NCBI GenBank assembly: GCA_016214605.1
Contig: JACROD010000017.1
Coordinates: forward strand, 1,183 to 65,182
Direction: 5' to 3'
DNA: 64,000 nt
DNA from: Candidatus Kaiserbacteria bacterium
Lineage (GTDB): Bacteria; Patescibacteriota; Minisyncoccia; Phycocordibacterales; UBA2100
The notes beneath the pieces were generated by a model that saw only the letters and a program-made list of their open reading frames with translations, was not told the DNA's origin and ran no database searches. The number at the start of each line of letters is the position of its first letter. Position 1 is the first letter of the stretch. A program made the position numbers and the translations under genes. Positions 38,428 to 48,534 of the stretch are shown in pieces.

Positions 38428-39297
38428 ATGAGGCAACAGGAACGAATCGTGGCATTTCAAAGGGCAGTGTGGAAACACTACCGTGCAGATGGCCGCCACG
38501 ATCTGCCGTGGCGTCAGCCTACGTTAAAGCTTCGGTATGGCAAGCAAGACTTTGACCCCTACAAGATCCTTGTCTCCGAGGTGATGCTCCAGCAGACGCA
38601 GGTCCCGCGCGTGCTTGAAAAATACAAGGAATTTCTCAGGGCGTTTCCCACCGTGCATGCGCTCGCACGGGCGCCGCTTGCCGATGTGCTGCGTGTGTGG
38701 AGCGGGATGGGGTACAACCGCCGGGCGAAGTATTTGCGCGAGGCAGCGAAGGTGATTGTGGGTGAATATGGCGGCCGCGTCCCCAAGGACGCGGCCACCC
38801 TGCGCACCATTCCCGGGATCGGCCCGTACACGGCATCCGCCGTACTCATCTTTGCCTTCAACACCCCTGATACGATGATCGAGACCAACATCCGTGCGGC
38901 CTTCATATACCATTTTGCTTCCGGCAAGGCCGGAAGCACCCTGCGTGGCCTTGGCGGAGCAGAGCGGTTGATAAATGACCGCGATCTATTGCCGCTTATC
39001 ACCAAGGCCGCCGAGGGCCAAGACCCGCGAGAGTGGCACTGGGCGCTGATGGACTACGGGAGTCATCTCAAAAAGATCCACGGCAATCCTGCGCGCAAAA
39101 GCGCTCATCATGTGAGGCAATCAAAGTTTGAAGGCTCCATCCGCCAAGTCCGCGGTGCGATCCTTCGTGAGCTTCACAAAGGACCGTCCTTTGTGAAGGG
39201 TTTGCCGTTTGAAAAAGCAAAGGTCCAAAGCGCGCTCGCAGGGCTCGCGCGCGACGGGCTTGTCAAGAAAGAGAAGGGGAAATGGAGGATTTCTTGA
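38428..39297 (+). CDS. HhH-GPD DNA glycosylase, MutY/EndoIII-like, lacking the FeS cluster Cys residues
   Basis: ILVSEVMLQQTQVPRVLEKYKEFLRAFPT and IPGIGPYTASAVLIFAF match MutY/Nth HhH-GPD motifs. There is no C-x6-C-x2-C-x5-C cluster. Confidence 0.65.
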   Translation: MRQQERIVAFQRAVWKHYRADGRHDLPWRQPTLKLRYGKQDFDPYKILVSEVMLQQTQVPRVLEKYKEFLRAFPTVHALARAPLADVLRVWSGMGYNRRAKYLREAAKVIVGEYGGRVPKDAATLRTIPGIGPYTASAVLIFAFNTPDTMIETNIRAAFIYHFASGKAGSTLRGLGGAERLINDRDLLPLITKAAEGQDPREWHWALMDYGSHLKKIHGNPARKSAHHVRQSKFEGSIRQVRGAILRELHKGPSFVKGLPFEKAKVQSALAGLARDGLVKKEKGKWRIS

Positions 39298-39316
39298 TGT
39301 GTGCTATATTTTGCAT

Positions 39317-39574
39317 ATGGATGACAACACAACAGACATGCTGGAGATTGTGAATTTTATCAAGGATAACATGGTCACGAAGAGTGATCATGACGAGCTT
39401 GTTGCGAGGGTGGATCGTATGGAAAAGAAAATGGATGATGGCTTTTCAGGCCTCAAAAGCAGAGTGGGTGGATTAGAAAACCGCATCGACAACGAATCCG
39501 CTCGTACTACCGACCTCGAAAACCGCGTCAGAGTAGTCCTCCCCAGTCTCCCCGCCGCTCCTGAGCGAGTGTAA
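39317..39574 (+). CDS. Small coiled-coil hypothetical protein
   Basis: 85 aa beginning at the internal ATG MDDNTTDML. The ORF-track ORF starts earlier, inside the upstream gene. Confidence 0.35.
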   Translation: MDDNTTDMLEIVNFIKDNMVTKSDHDELVARVDRMEKKMDDGFSGLKSRVGGLENRIDNESARTTDLENRVRVVLPSLPAAPERV

Positions 39575-39594
39575 TCCTCAAAATATACAAAGGT

Positions 39595-39623
39595 AAAAAG
39601 CGCGGATCTAATCCGCGCTTTTC
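39595..39623. terminator. Bidirectional rho-independent terminator
   Basis: aaaaagcgcggat-cta-atccgcgctttt, with A-run and T-run flanks. It lies between convergent genes. Confidence 0.7.
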
Positions 39624-39643
39624 GGTGGTTTACTTGATCAGGA

Positions 39644-39850
39644 TTAGAAATGACCTTGCGACAGTTTGATGCCGTGGTTCTTTTCCCATTCAGCCCAAGC
39701 CGTCTCTTGCTTAGCCGTCTCTTCGGCGACAATCTCTTCAAGGGCTTGCTCGTAACTTATCCCCTTTTTTGTTGCTATTTCCTGAAGAATTAGTCTGCCT
39801 CTTTCGAAGTCCGCTTCAACAGACGCTTCATCCTTGTAAGCTGGGTACAT
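39644..39850 (-). CDS. Small acidic hypothetical protein
   Basis: 68-aa ORF followed by a terminator. No domain is recognised. Confidence 0.35.
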   Translation of the reverse strand: MYPAYKDEASVEADFERGRLILQEIATKKGISYEQALEEIVAEETAKQETAWAEWEKNHGIKLSQGHF

Positions 39851-39943
39851 GTGTGATTCCTTTCAGGTTTTGAAGAGAGAGTTGCTCGAAGGGTGTGTGG
39901 AACACTCACCTAATCACATTTTTATACTTAGCTTCGGATTATG

Positions 39944-41902
39944 TCAAATACTCACAATGACCGGAATCACAATCGGGCGCTTCATGGTCCTTTGGACGAG
40001 GAATTTAGAGACGCTCTCGGCAAGGTCTTCGCGGGCATCATCGAGATCGGCTGAGCGTGGATTCTTCATCGAGGTCTCGACGCTCTTGCGGACGATGAGG
40101 CGGGTCTGATCCATGAGGTCTTTATTGTCGCGGAGATACACGAATCCGCGCGAGATGATGTCGGGGGATTTGTGGAGCTTGCCGGTGCGGCGGTCTACCG
40201 TGGCGACGACGACGCAGAAGCCTTCCTGACCGAGCGCCTTGCGGTCGCGCATGAGCACATCGGAGAGCTCGGATACAGTATGGCCTTCGACGACGCGCAG
40301 TTCGGCCGGCGCTTTCATGGAGAGTCTGGTGACCTTTTCACCCGCCTTGATATCGATGATCGAGCTGTTGTCGGGCACGCAGATATTGGCGGCTGGCACA
40401 CCGAGTTCTTCGGCGATGTCGGCGTGCACGCGGAGCATGTAGTGGTATCCGTGGACGGGGACAAAGAATTTGGGGCGGATCTGTTTGTGGATCCACACTG
40501 CTTCTTCGCGGTTGCCGTGGCCGGAGGCGTGCACGTCGGATGAGTGGTAGGTGATGATGCGAGCACCTTGGCGCGAGAGATTGTCCTTGAGCTTCTGTAC
40601 CGAGCGCTCGTTGCCGGGGATCACCGACGACGAAAGGATGATGGTGTCGGTTGGGTTGATGCGGATGTATTTGTGGGTCTTGTTGCCGATACGCATGAGC
40701 GAGGCGAATTCGTCGCCCTGGGCACCGGTCGCGAGGATGACGAGCTTCTCTGGCGGGTATTGCTCGATATTTTCGACAGCGACGAGTGTGTCATCCTTGT
40801 GTTTGAGCATGCCGATCTCACGCACAATCTCGAGATTCGCCTTCATTGAGCGTCCGTCGACGACGATTTTTTTGCCGATACGTTCGGCGATCTCGACAAT
40901 GTGCATGAGGCGCTCCAGATGTGAGGCAAACATGCCGATGATGAGGCGTCCGCGGTTTTGGTTGGTGATGAGGTCTTCGAGGGTCGCATGGACGTTGCGC
41001 TCAGGGATCGAGAAGCCGGGGCGCTCGATGTTGGTGCTATCCATGAGGAGTGCGAGCACTTTACGGTCTTTGAAGATACTAAACTCGCGTTTTTCGAGAT
41101 CGCTCGGATCTCCCTGGCCGTCATGGTCGAGTTTGATGTCGCCGGTGAAGACCACATCCCCCCATGGGGTCTCAATGATGATACCCATCGAATCCGGCAC
41201 GGTGTGTGTGACGCCGAAGAATCGGATGTTGGTATTGCCGAGCCGGATTACTTCGGTTTTCTCGACTTCGCGGATGACGGTCGGGGGCAGATGGGCGAAT
41301 TCTTCCTGACGGCGCTTGATCATCATGCCGGTCAGTTTGCGTGTGTAGATCGTCGGATTGCCGATGCGGTCGATAATGTAGGGGATGCCGCCGATGTGGT
41401 CGAGATGGCCGTGCGAGATGAGGAGGCCGCGGATCTTGTGGCGGCGCTCTTCGAGATAGCCGGTGTTGGGGAGGATGTAGTCGATGCCGGGAGTGTCTCC
41501 TTCGCCGAATCCGAATCCGCAGTCGAGAATGAAGATGTCATCACCGATCTCGATCGCGGTCATGTTGCGGCCGATCTCTTCGACACCGCCGAGCGGTATG
41601 ATGCGTACGACATCCGGTGCGGGTGCGGGGATGACCGGACTCGCGGAGCGGCGGCGAGCATCGCTCGGTGTTTGGTGTTCGAGGCGAGTCTTGCCGCGTT
41701 GTCGCGGAGGGTGGCTCGAGCGTGAACTGCCGAAGCGTGGACGCGGACGCCCGTCCGGTCGTGTTCCTGGTCGTGGACGGGATGTTCCTGGACGCGGTGC
41801 ACCGGGGCGGGCGGCACCTGCTCCTGATGCTGGTTTGCGGCCGTCTCGCGGCGAATCTGGCCGAGCTCCGGGTGCGGAGCCTTGGTTTCTTTGTGGTCCC
41901 AT
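39944..41902 (-). CDS. rnj: Ribonuclease J (metallo-beta-lactamase / beta-CASP) with an N-terminal Arg/Pro/Gly-rich extension
   Basis: HGHLDHIGG motif. The RNase J start matches IIPLGGVEEIGRNMTAIE. The body is beta-CASP plus a C-terminal domain. The first 90 aa or so are low complexity (RPG-rich), so the true start is uncertain. Confidence 0.85.
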   Translation of the reverse strand: MGPQRNQGSAPGARPDSPRDGRKPASGAGAARPGAPRPGTSRPRPGTRPDGRPRPRFGSSRSSHPPRQRGKTRLEHQTPSDARRRSASPVIPAPAPDVVRIIPLGGVEEIGRNMTAIEIGDDIFILDCGFGFGEGDTPGIDYILPNTGYLEERRHKIRGLLISHGHLDHIGGIPYIIDRIGNPTIYTRKLTGMMIKRRQEEFAHLPPTVIREVEKTEVIRLGNTNIRFFGVTHTVPDSMGIIIETPWGDVVFTGDIKLDHDGQGDPSDLEKREFSIFKDRKVLALLMDSTNIERPGFSIPERNVHATLEDLITNQNRGRLIIGMFASHLERLMHIVEIAERIGKKIVVDGRSMKANLEIVREIGMLKHKDDTLVAVENIEQYPPEKLVILATGAQGDEFASLMRIGNKTHKYIRINPTDTIILSSSVIPGNERSVQKLKDNLSRQGARIITYHSSDVHASGHGNREEAVWIHKQIRPKFFVPVHGYHYMLRVHADIAEELGVPAANICVPDNSSIIDIKAGEKVTRLSMKAPAELRVVEGHTVSELSDVLMRDRKALGQEGFCVVVATVDRRTGKLHKSPDIISRGFVYLRDNKDLMDQTRLIVRKSVETSMKNPRSADLDDAREDLAESVSKFLVQRTMKRPIVIPVIVSI

Positions 41903-41968
41903 AAGTTGTGTTTGCCCGGGTATATATGACCCGGATCCATTAGTCGATAATATTGCTAATAATGTGTT

Positions 41969-43837
41969 TTAAATCTGTGTATTCGCGCTTGCGAAGATAC
42001 TCCACACGCGTTCGGTCTCTGTATACCACTGATATACGTTGAGGAAGCGTTCTGCCGGGGTCGTGATCGCACCGGTCTCAACACCGTGCAGTGATGCAGG
42101 TAGTATATAGACAAAAGCGGGAGAATACAAGAAGACCGCCGGGACGTCCTTTTTGAGGATAGTAGTGAATTGCTGGTAGATCGCCTTGCGGTCTTTGTCG
42201 TCATGGGTGCTGCGGGCCTTGGTGAGGAGACTGCTGGCCTGTGAATTGGCATACATAGAAAGATTGAGGCCGGGATCATTGCGCTGACTGGAGTCCCAAA
42301 AGGCGAATAGATCCGCGCTGCGCCCCACTACTTCACCGAAGAGGATCGCATCATAGTTGCGTGGTCGCAAAATGGTCGAGTTGAAGTCGGAAATAGGGTA
42401 TACGTATACGTCGACTGTGATCCCTGCTGCCTGCCAATCTGCGGCGACCGCATGCGCGGTCGCGACGAGCTCGGGTTCGTCTGCGGTCGCAAGTGTGAAA
42501 TGAAGCGTTAGTTTGCCTTTTTCCCAAGTGTTCGTCTCGGTGTTGAATTTCCATCCGCCATTTTGCAGGATCGTGCGTGCCTCTTCGGTGTGGCGTGAGT
42601 CGCTCGTGGTGGATGTGGGAGCGATCCCCGCTTCCTTTAATGCTTCTGTAGACGGGGTCGCGGGCGAGACATCACCAAAGATCCCTTGTGGAATAGGGCC
42701 GTCCAATACGGCGCCATAATCTTGGAGTGCGTTCCGGACTAAGGCCTGTTTGTCGACGGCAGCATCAAGCGCTTTGCGTGCGGCGAGATCGACGAGAGCC
42801 GGATTATGGCTTTGGTTGAAAAAGACACCGAAGACGCGCGGCAAGATCGATTTTGCCAGAGCTGCATCTTTGCGATCCTTTAAGATTGCCACATCGCTCG
42901 GATCGACACCTGCGATCGCGTCGACACTCCCACCCAAAAAGGCTTTGTTGAGCGCGTCTGTATTGGGATAAAAGACAAGAGAGATCGTTGCTATGTGTGC
43001 TTTGCCGAGGGTAAAGTGAGAGAAGGGTTTAAGATCGTAGCGTGTTACTGATCCTGTTTTGTCGGTATTTACGCGGTCGATCATGTACGGACCGCTGCCT
43101 ATGGGGTGCGTATTGAGAGCATTGTAAGCGAAATCCTGATCGGATATTCCATCCCAGAGATGCTTCGGCAGAATGCCCATTGTCGTATCTTCCATAAAAG
43201 GTGTGTATGCATGTGGGAGTTTGAAAACCACCGTGCGCGCGTCTGGAGTCGTTATGGTGACGCCGACCCAATCCGCTTGGCGCGGGCTTTTGAGTGCGGA
43301 GTTTTGGGTCGCTCGTATGGTGAATGCGACGTCTTCGGAGGTGACCGGTGTGCCGTCTTGAAAGGTTGCATCAGAACGCATTTTGAATGTATAAGTCGTG
43401 CCGTCCTCTGAGATGGAGTAACTTTCGGCCAGGTCGGGGACCATTGATCCATTCGGCATAGCACGCATGAGGCCGGAGTAGATGAGCTCTGTCATGTCTT
43501 TGTCGGGACCTGAGATCGCAAGGACAGGATTCACGAATCGTGCAGGGCCGATTTCGCCTTCGACGAAAGAGCCCCCATATTTTGGTATGGTGACAAGCAT
43601 AGTGTCGCTCAAATGGACGATGAGTATGAACGTGCTTAATGCGATCAAGCCCGAAAATATATAGAGAGCCAAGCGTTCGCTCGGCGAAAATTGCCGCATG
43701 AGCTGGCTGAGATATTCAAATCGGCGCCAAGAAATACTGGCTTTGCCAGCAAACGGATATTGCTCGCCTGTCCTCACAGGCGGCAAAGGGGATTCTTGAG
43801 GCGTTGTTTCAGGGGAATGGGAATAAGATTCTTCCAT
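41969..43837 (-). CDS. ABC transporter substrate-binding protein, family 5 (oligopeptide/nickel type), membrane-anchored
   Basis: 622 aa. N-terminal TM anchor, then an SBP_bac_5-like core (YSGLMRAMPNGSMVPDLAESYSISEDGTTYTFKMR). Confidence 0.75.
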   Translation of the reverse strand: MEESYSHSPETTPQESPLPPVRTGEQYPFAGKASISWRRFEYLSQLMRQFSPSERLALYIFSGLIALSTFILIVHLSDTMLVTIPKYGGSFVEGEIGPARFVNPVLAISGPDKDMTELIYSGLMRAMPNGSMVPDLAESYSISEDGTTYTFKMRSDATFQDGTPVTSEDVAFTIRATQNSALKSPRQADWVGVTITTPDARTVVFKLPHAYTPFMEDTTMGILPKHLWDGISDQDFAYNALNTHPIGSGPYMIDRVNTDKTGSVTRYDLKPFSHFTLGKAHIATISLVFYPNTDALNKAFLGGSVDAIAGVDPSDVAILKDRKDAALAKSILPRVFGVFFNQSHNPALVDLAARKALDAAVDKQALVRNALQDYGAVLDGPIPQGIFGDVSPATPSTEALKEAGIAPTSTTSDSRHTEEARTILQNGGWKFNTETNTWEKGKLTLHFTLATADEPELVATAHAVAADWQAAGITVDVYVYPISDFNSTILRPRNYDAILFGEVVGRSADLFAFWDSSQRNDPGLNLSMYANSQASSLLTKARSTHDDKDRKAIYQQFTTILKKDVPAVFLYSPAFVYILPASLHGVETGAITTPAERFLNVYQWYTETERVWSIFASANTQI

Positions 43838-43881
43838 AACAGCACATGTGTAACACCCTGCTCCGAAAGAGAGAGTGTTGT

Positions 43882-44136
43882 TTAATAGCTAATGATGATG
43901 TTGAGCAATGCCGAAAGCGCAAACAAAATGCCGAGCACGATTGTGGCGTTGAAGAGGGTCTTCTCCAAGCCGCGACGGGTGTGAAAACCCGACGAGAAAT
44001 TATCCGCCCCGAAGGCTCCGCCCAAGGATGCTCCCGTGCGCTGCAAAAGCACGGTGACGATAAGAAGCGCAGAGAGTATGATCTGCGCGTATGGCAATAT
44101 ATGGACGAGATAGGCCATGTAGAAAAATAGTAGCAT
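43882..44136 (-). CDS. secG: Preprotein translocase subunit SecG
   Basis: LLIVTVLLQRTGASLGGAFG ... TRRGLEKTLFNATIVLGILFALSALLNI matches the SecG pattern (LLQ..kg.GLgg.fGg ... rg.e..L.r.T..la..F...sl). The start is chosen at the internal ATG. Confidence 0.65.
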   Translation of the reverse strand: MLLFFYMAYLVHILPYAQIILSALLIVTVLLQRTGASLGGAFGADNFSSGFHTRRGLEKTLFNATIVLGILFALSALLNIIISY

Positions 44137-44210
44137 AGGTGATGGGAATCGCAAAATAGATAGCGGGCGGTTTTCCCCAGGGGAAAACCGCCCGCCTAAT
44201 GACCTGCCGT

Positions 44211-44444
44211 TTAACAGAAGTAGCCGATACACGCCGGATGGGCGAGGCTCGCCTGGCCCGGTGTGTAAGTTCGATTTGGCGAAAAGATGATCTGGTCAAT
44301 CTCGAGACATTGGGAATCAACCCGATAGGCTCGATGACGCTTCACGTCTTGGTACCAAAAGTACCAAAACACACCTACAATCAAGAGGAAAACGAGAATG
44401 CATCCAGAATAAACTGCCAATGATGAACGTTCATCGTTCGTCAT
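44211..44444 (-). CDS. Small membrane protein (hypothetical, 77 aa)
   Basis: RBS AGGAGAAGG before the ATG. One TM helix (CILVFLLIVGVFWYFW). Confidence 0.35.
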   Translation of the reverse strand: MTNDERSSLAVYSGCILVFLLIVGVFWYFWYQDVKRHRAYRVDSQCLEIDQIIFSPNRTYTPGQASLAHPACIGYFC

Positions 44445-44649
44445 GTTCCTTCTCCTGCAACGGGCCGACATGAGTGCCAATAACATCATACACAAGAGTA
44501 GATGATCTGTCAACTTTACCTCAAAATCAGGGGATTTTTGCCTATTTTTGACCGCATAACACAAAGCGTCTCATGTCACGTCTCGACAGGTTCGGGGACC
44601 TGGTATACGCTGTTTTCACTAAGCGTTCATCCGCAAAACCTCCACAAGT

Positions 44650-45279
44650 ATGTCGTTTTCTATTCATTTCTCGCGTATGCCCCTTTTTGTCGCTGTAATT
44701 ATAGCTACAGCCGCTTTTTTGCCTTCTGCGGCCTCAGCCGCCGTCGTCCCGGCACGGCTTTCGGGCTCCAATTACGGTATGGAAGATCGGGTGCGCGAAT
44801 ACTTCGCGGATATTCCGGTGATGATCGAAATCGCTCGTTGTGAATCCCAATTCATCCAATACGGCAAGAGTGGTCGTCCGCTGCATGGTGGTACTGGCAC
44901 TATGATCGGTCTTTTCCAGATCAGCGAGGTGTTGCATCGTGACGTGGCGGATAATTTTGGTTGGGATATCGATACTCCGGAAGGCAACATGTCGTATGCG
45001 CGCTATCTCTATGAGCAGCATGGCACGGCACCCTGGCTCGATTCCAAATCTTGCTGGAACGCTCCGGCGAGTGCCGCACGATGGAAGGTTGCGACACAGG
45101 CAGCGAGCAGAGAGGTCGTAGCGACATCTACCGAACAGCTCGGGGGTGGAGGTGAAGGTTCCTCAACATCAATTATCGATATCCGAGATAAGTTTCTGGT
45201 CTTGCTCGCAAAATTGAGTGTGTACCAGGCAGGTTTGTCCGTACAGACAGGTCAAGAATTGGCGAGTGCGGGCGTATAA
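44650..45279 (+). CDS. Secreted transglycosylase-like (Rpf/SLT-like) domain protein
   Basis: Signal peptide. IARCESQF ... GGTGTMIGLFQISEVLH ... W resembles the transglycosylase-like CESxx ... GLxQI motif. Confidence is low. Confidence 0.4.
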   Translation: MSFSIHFSRMPLFVAVIIATAAFLPSAASAAVVPARLSGSNYGMEDRVREYFADIPVMIEIARCESQFIQYGKSGRPLHGGTGTMIGLFQISEVLHRDVADNFGWDIDTPEGNMSYARYLYEQHGTAPWLDSKSCWNAPASAARWKVATQAASREVVATSTEQLGGGGEGSSTSIIDIRDKFLVLLAKLSVYQAGLSVQTGQELASAGV

Positions 45280-45386
45280 TGCGCATCCTCGCGTATGAGG
45301 TGAATGCAAAGGACCCTTGAGTCCGTTCGTATATTGCTCTATGATGCATGACACGTAACATTATCAGTTCTAGCTATCTATTTTGT

Positions 45387-45713
45387 ATGAAAAAAGAAAC
45401 AAAGAGTTCAGCGGCCGCATTGAATATCCGCCCACTCGGTGATCGCGTCTTGGTGCGTCCCGAAGATCATGCGGACGCAAAATCTCCTTCAGGGATCATC
45501 ATTCCCGACACGGCGCGCAAAGAAAAGCCCGAACGCGGTATCGTGGTCGCGGTAGGCGAAGGCAAGCGCACCGATCGCGGCGAGGTGCTCCCGATGCATA
45601 TCAAGGTAGGCGATACTATCATATTCGATCGATACGGTTTTACTGAGGTAAAGATCGACGATACAGATTACTTCATCGTGTCCGAGTCCAACATCCTTGC
45701 GATCGTTAAATAG
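45387..45713 (+). CDS. groES: Co-chaperonin GroES
   Basis: LNIRPLGDRVLVRP ... SGIIIPDTA ... GIVVAVGEG ... VGDTIIF. The start is at the internal ATG and the ORF-track start is upstream. Confidence 0.85.
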   Translation: MKKETKSSAAALNIRPLGDRVLVRPEDHADAKSPSGIIIPDTARKEKPERGIVVAVGEGKRTDRGEVLPMHIKVGDTIIFDRYGFTEVKIDDTDYFIVSESNILAIVK

Positions 45714-45756
45714 AATTTCGAACTTACGAGACCCTAATGGCTAACAACATATTCCT

Positions 45757-47403
45757 ATGGCAAAACAAGTTATTTTCGAAGAAGATGTGCGCTCAGCGCT
45801 CAAGCGCGGCGTCGATGTGATCGCCGCCGCCGTGCGTATCACGCTCGGGCCCCGTGGGCGCAATGTCGCTCTCGACAAGTCATGGGGCTCTCCCGTCATC
45901 ACCAATGATGGCGTCTCGATCGCCAAAGAGATCGTGCTTGCCGACAAGTTCGAGAACATGGGCGCTTCGATCGTCAAAGAGGTCGCCACCAAGACCAACG
46001 ACAAGGCCGGCGACGGTACGACCACAGCGGTCGTGCTGACCCAGGCGATCGTGCACGAAGGTCTCAAGCGCACGGCGCTTGGTGCCAATGCGGTCATGGT
46101 GCGTCGCGGTATTGAAGCTGCTGCCAAGGACGCCGTCGAGGAGCTCAAGAAAATGGCAAAGCCGATCAAAGGCAAACAAGACATCCGCCAAGTCGCGACC
46201 ATCTCGGCTGAATCCGAAGACCTTGGCAAGACGATAGCTGATATCGTCGACAAGGTCGGCAAAGACGGCGTGGTCACGGTCGAAGAATCCCAGTCGCTCG
46301 GCATCGAGTCTGATTTTGTGGAGGGCATGGAATTCGACAAAGGCTATGTCTCGGCGTACATGATCACCAATGCCGACCGCATGGAAGCCGAAGCCAAAGA
46401 CGCGCCGATCCTCATCACCGACAAAAAGATCTCGACCGTCAAAGACATTCTTCCGTTGCTCGAAAAGCTCGCCCAAAGCGGCAAGCGAGACCTCGTCATC
46501 ATCGCAGATGATGTGGACGGCGAGGCGCTCACGACGTTTGTCCTCAATAAACTGAAAGGCGTATTCAATGTACTCGCGATCAAAGCGCCGGGATATGGCG
46601 ACCGCAAGAAAGAAATGCTCGCCGATATTGCCGCGACCGTGGGTGCGCAGGTGATCTCCGAAGATGTGGGTCTCAAACTCGAAAGCGCGGATATATCCAT
46701 GCTCGGCAAGGCACAGCGCATCGTCGCGACCAAGGATTCGACTGTGATCGTCGGTGGCAAAGGCAAGAAATCCGATATCGATGCGCGCGTGTCTCAGCTC
46801 AAAGCACAGCTCGAAAACACCGATTCAAAGTTCGACAAAGAAAAGCTCCAGGAACGTGTGGCCAAGCTCACGGGTGGCGTTGCGGTCATTCGCGTCGGCG
46901 CTTCGACCGAGACCGAGATGAAGTATCTCAAAGACAAGATCGAGGATGCGGTCAACGCGACCAAGGCGGCGATCGCCGAGGGGATCGTAGCCGGCGGCGG
47001 CGCAGCACTTGCCAAGGTTGCCGATAAGCTCGGCAAAAAGATCGATGCCAAGGCACATGATGAGTATACGATCGGCTATCGCATCTTGCTCACGGCACTT
47101 TCTGCCCCTTTGCTCCAGATCGCCAAGAATGCCGGTCGCGAGGATGGTGCCGTAATTCTACGCGAGGTTATCAAGAAAGGCGGTGCTTTCGGCTACGATG
47201 CATCCGGCGTATCGGATGAGCCTAGAATCGTAGATATGATCGAAGCGGGCATCATTGATCCGGTCAAGGTGACACGCAGTGGTGTCGAGAATGCCGCTTC
47301 GGCGGCGGCGGTCTTGCTTACGACCGATGCGGCCGTAGCAGATATCCCCGAAGAAAAGAAAGACTTGCCGGGCGGAATGCCGGGGGGTATGGGCATGGAC
47401 TAA
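45757..47403 (+). CDS. groEL: Chaperonin GroEL
   Basis: 548 aa. [11 protein letters not shown] ... GPRGRNV ... DGTTTA ... ends with a [10 protein letters not shown] tail. Confidence 0.95.
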   Translation: MAKQVIFEEDVRSALKRGVDVIAAAVRITLGPRGRNVALDKSWGSPVITNDGVSIAKEIVLADKFENMGASIVKEVATKTNDKAGDGTTTAVVLTQAIVHEGLKRTALGANAVMVRRGIEAAAKDAVEELKKMAKPIKGKQDIRQVATISAESEDLGKTIADIVDKVGKDGVVTVEESQSLGIESDFVEGMEFDKGYVSAYMITNADRMEAEAKDAPILITDKKISTVKDILPLLEKLAQSGKRDLVIIADDVDGEALTTFVLNKLKGVFNVLAIKAPGYGDRKKEMLADIAATVGAQVISEDVGLKLESADISMLGKAQRIVATKDSTVIVGGKGKKSDIDARVSQLKAQLENTDSKFDKEKLQERVAKLTGGVAVIRVGASTETEMKYLKDKIEDAVNATKAAIAEGIVAGGGAALAKVADKLGKKIDAKAHDEYTIGYRILLTALSAPLLQIAKNAGREDGAVILREVIKKGGAFGYDASGVSDEPRIVDMIEAGIIDPVKVTRSGVENAASAAAVLLTTDAAVADIPEEKKDLPGGMPGGMGMD

Positions 47404-47486
47404 AAACAAAAGCACCCCCTTAATTTCTAACGTAAATGGTTCCCGGCCCCATATTCCTCACAAATTAGATGCATCTCACCTAAGAC

Positions 47487-48308
47487 ATGAAAGAAAACAC
47501 ATTCGAGTCGATAAAAAGAATTGATGAAAACGGCAGGGAATATTGGTCTTCACGGGAGCTTGCCAAAGTACTGGAGTATGCAGACTACCGTAAATTCCTC
47601 AATGTTACAGACAAAGCAAAGGTGGCGTGTGAAAATAGTGGAGAAGTTATCCACAACCATTTTGTCCATACGGACGAAATGGTTCCGATTGGTTCAGGGG
47701 CCGAAAGGCCTGTAGACACGATCTTTCTTTCTCGGTATGCTTGCTATCTGATCGTCCAAAACTCCGATCCGACTAAAGTCGTCGTGGCAAAAGGTCAGAC
47801 GTACTTTGCGATCCAGACTCATCGACAGGAGAAGGCAGATAACTTGATCGAAGACCACAACCGCGTCTTCCTCCGTGAGGAGATGAAGAAGCACAACACG
47901 AGCCTGATCCAGACGGCGTCTCAGGCAGGTGTAGAAAGCTTCGCCATCTTTCAAAACGCTGGATATAAGGGCTTGTACGGGGGACGTACGATGCAAGATA
48001 TACACACAAAAAAGAAACTGAAGAAGTCACAGAAGATTCTTGATCACATGAACAGTGAAGAACTTGCCGCCAACCTCTTCCGAGCTACCCAAACAGACGC
48101 AAAGATCAAGCGTGAAAATATCAGAGGCCAAGGGAGTGCAAACCTAGCACACTACGAGGTCGGTCAGAAGGTTCGTGCCACGATTGCCAATCTGGGCGGA
48201 ACAATGCCGGAAGAACTCCCGACCCCTGATGCTATCGGTAAAGCACAAACGCGAATAAAGAAGGCGCAGGGAGTAAAGAAACTTGGAAAAGGGAAAGGTA
48301 CTCTGTAA
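47487..48308 (+). CDS. DinD-like (DNA-damage-inducible protein D / Bro-N-like) protein
   Basis: FESIKRIDENGREYWSSRELAKVLEY ... TRYACYLIVQNSDP ... AKGQTYFAIQT resembles E. coli DinD (... GQEFWSARELAPLLGY ... TRYACYLVVQNGDP ... AQTYFA). Confidence 0.55.
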   Translation: MKENTFESIKRIDENGREYWSSRELAKVLEYADYRKFLNVTDKAKVACENSGEVIHNHFVHTDEMVPIGSGAERPVDTIFLSRYACYLIVQNSDPTKVVVAKGQTYFAIQTHRQEKADNLIEDHNRVFLREEMKKHNTSLIQTASQAGVESFAIFQNAGYKGLYGGRTMQDIHTKKKLKKSQKILDHMNSEELAANLFRATQTDAKIKRENIRGQGSANLAHYEVGQKVRATIANLGGTMPEELPTPDAIGKAQTRIKKAQGVKKLGKGKGTL

Positions 48309-48534
48309 AAATAACAGCAACTACAAACTTAGGTAGAGATAAAACTTCATTTTTCGTACAGGGGTGCGGGAGCATTCTGGTAAATATGCAAAGATCATAC
48401 ACCGACAAGAAAAAGACCTTGCGGCAGACGGATCATTTGACGACCCCGCCTCGTCTCGAGGGCAAGGCAAAAAATGCCGGCATGAATCCGGTCCGCAAGA
48501 AGAAAAAAATGACGGGAGAAACTGAAGAGAAAAA

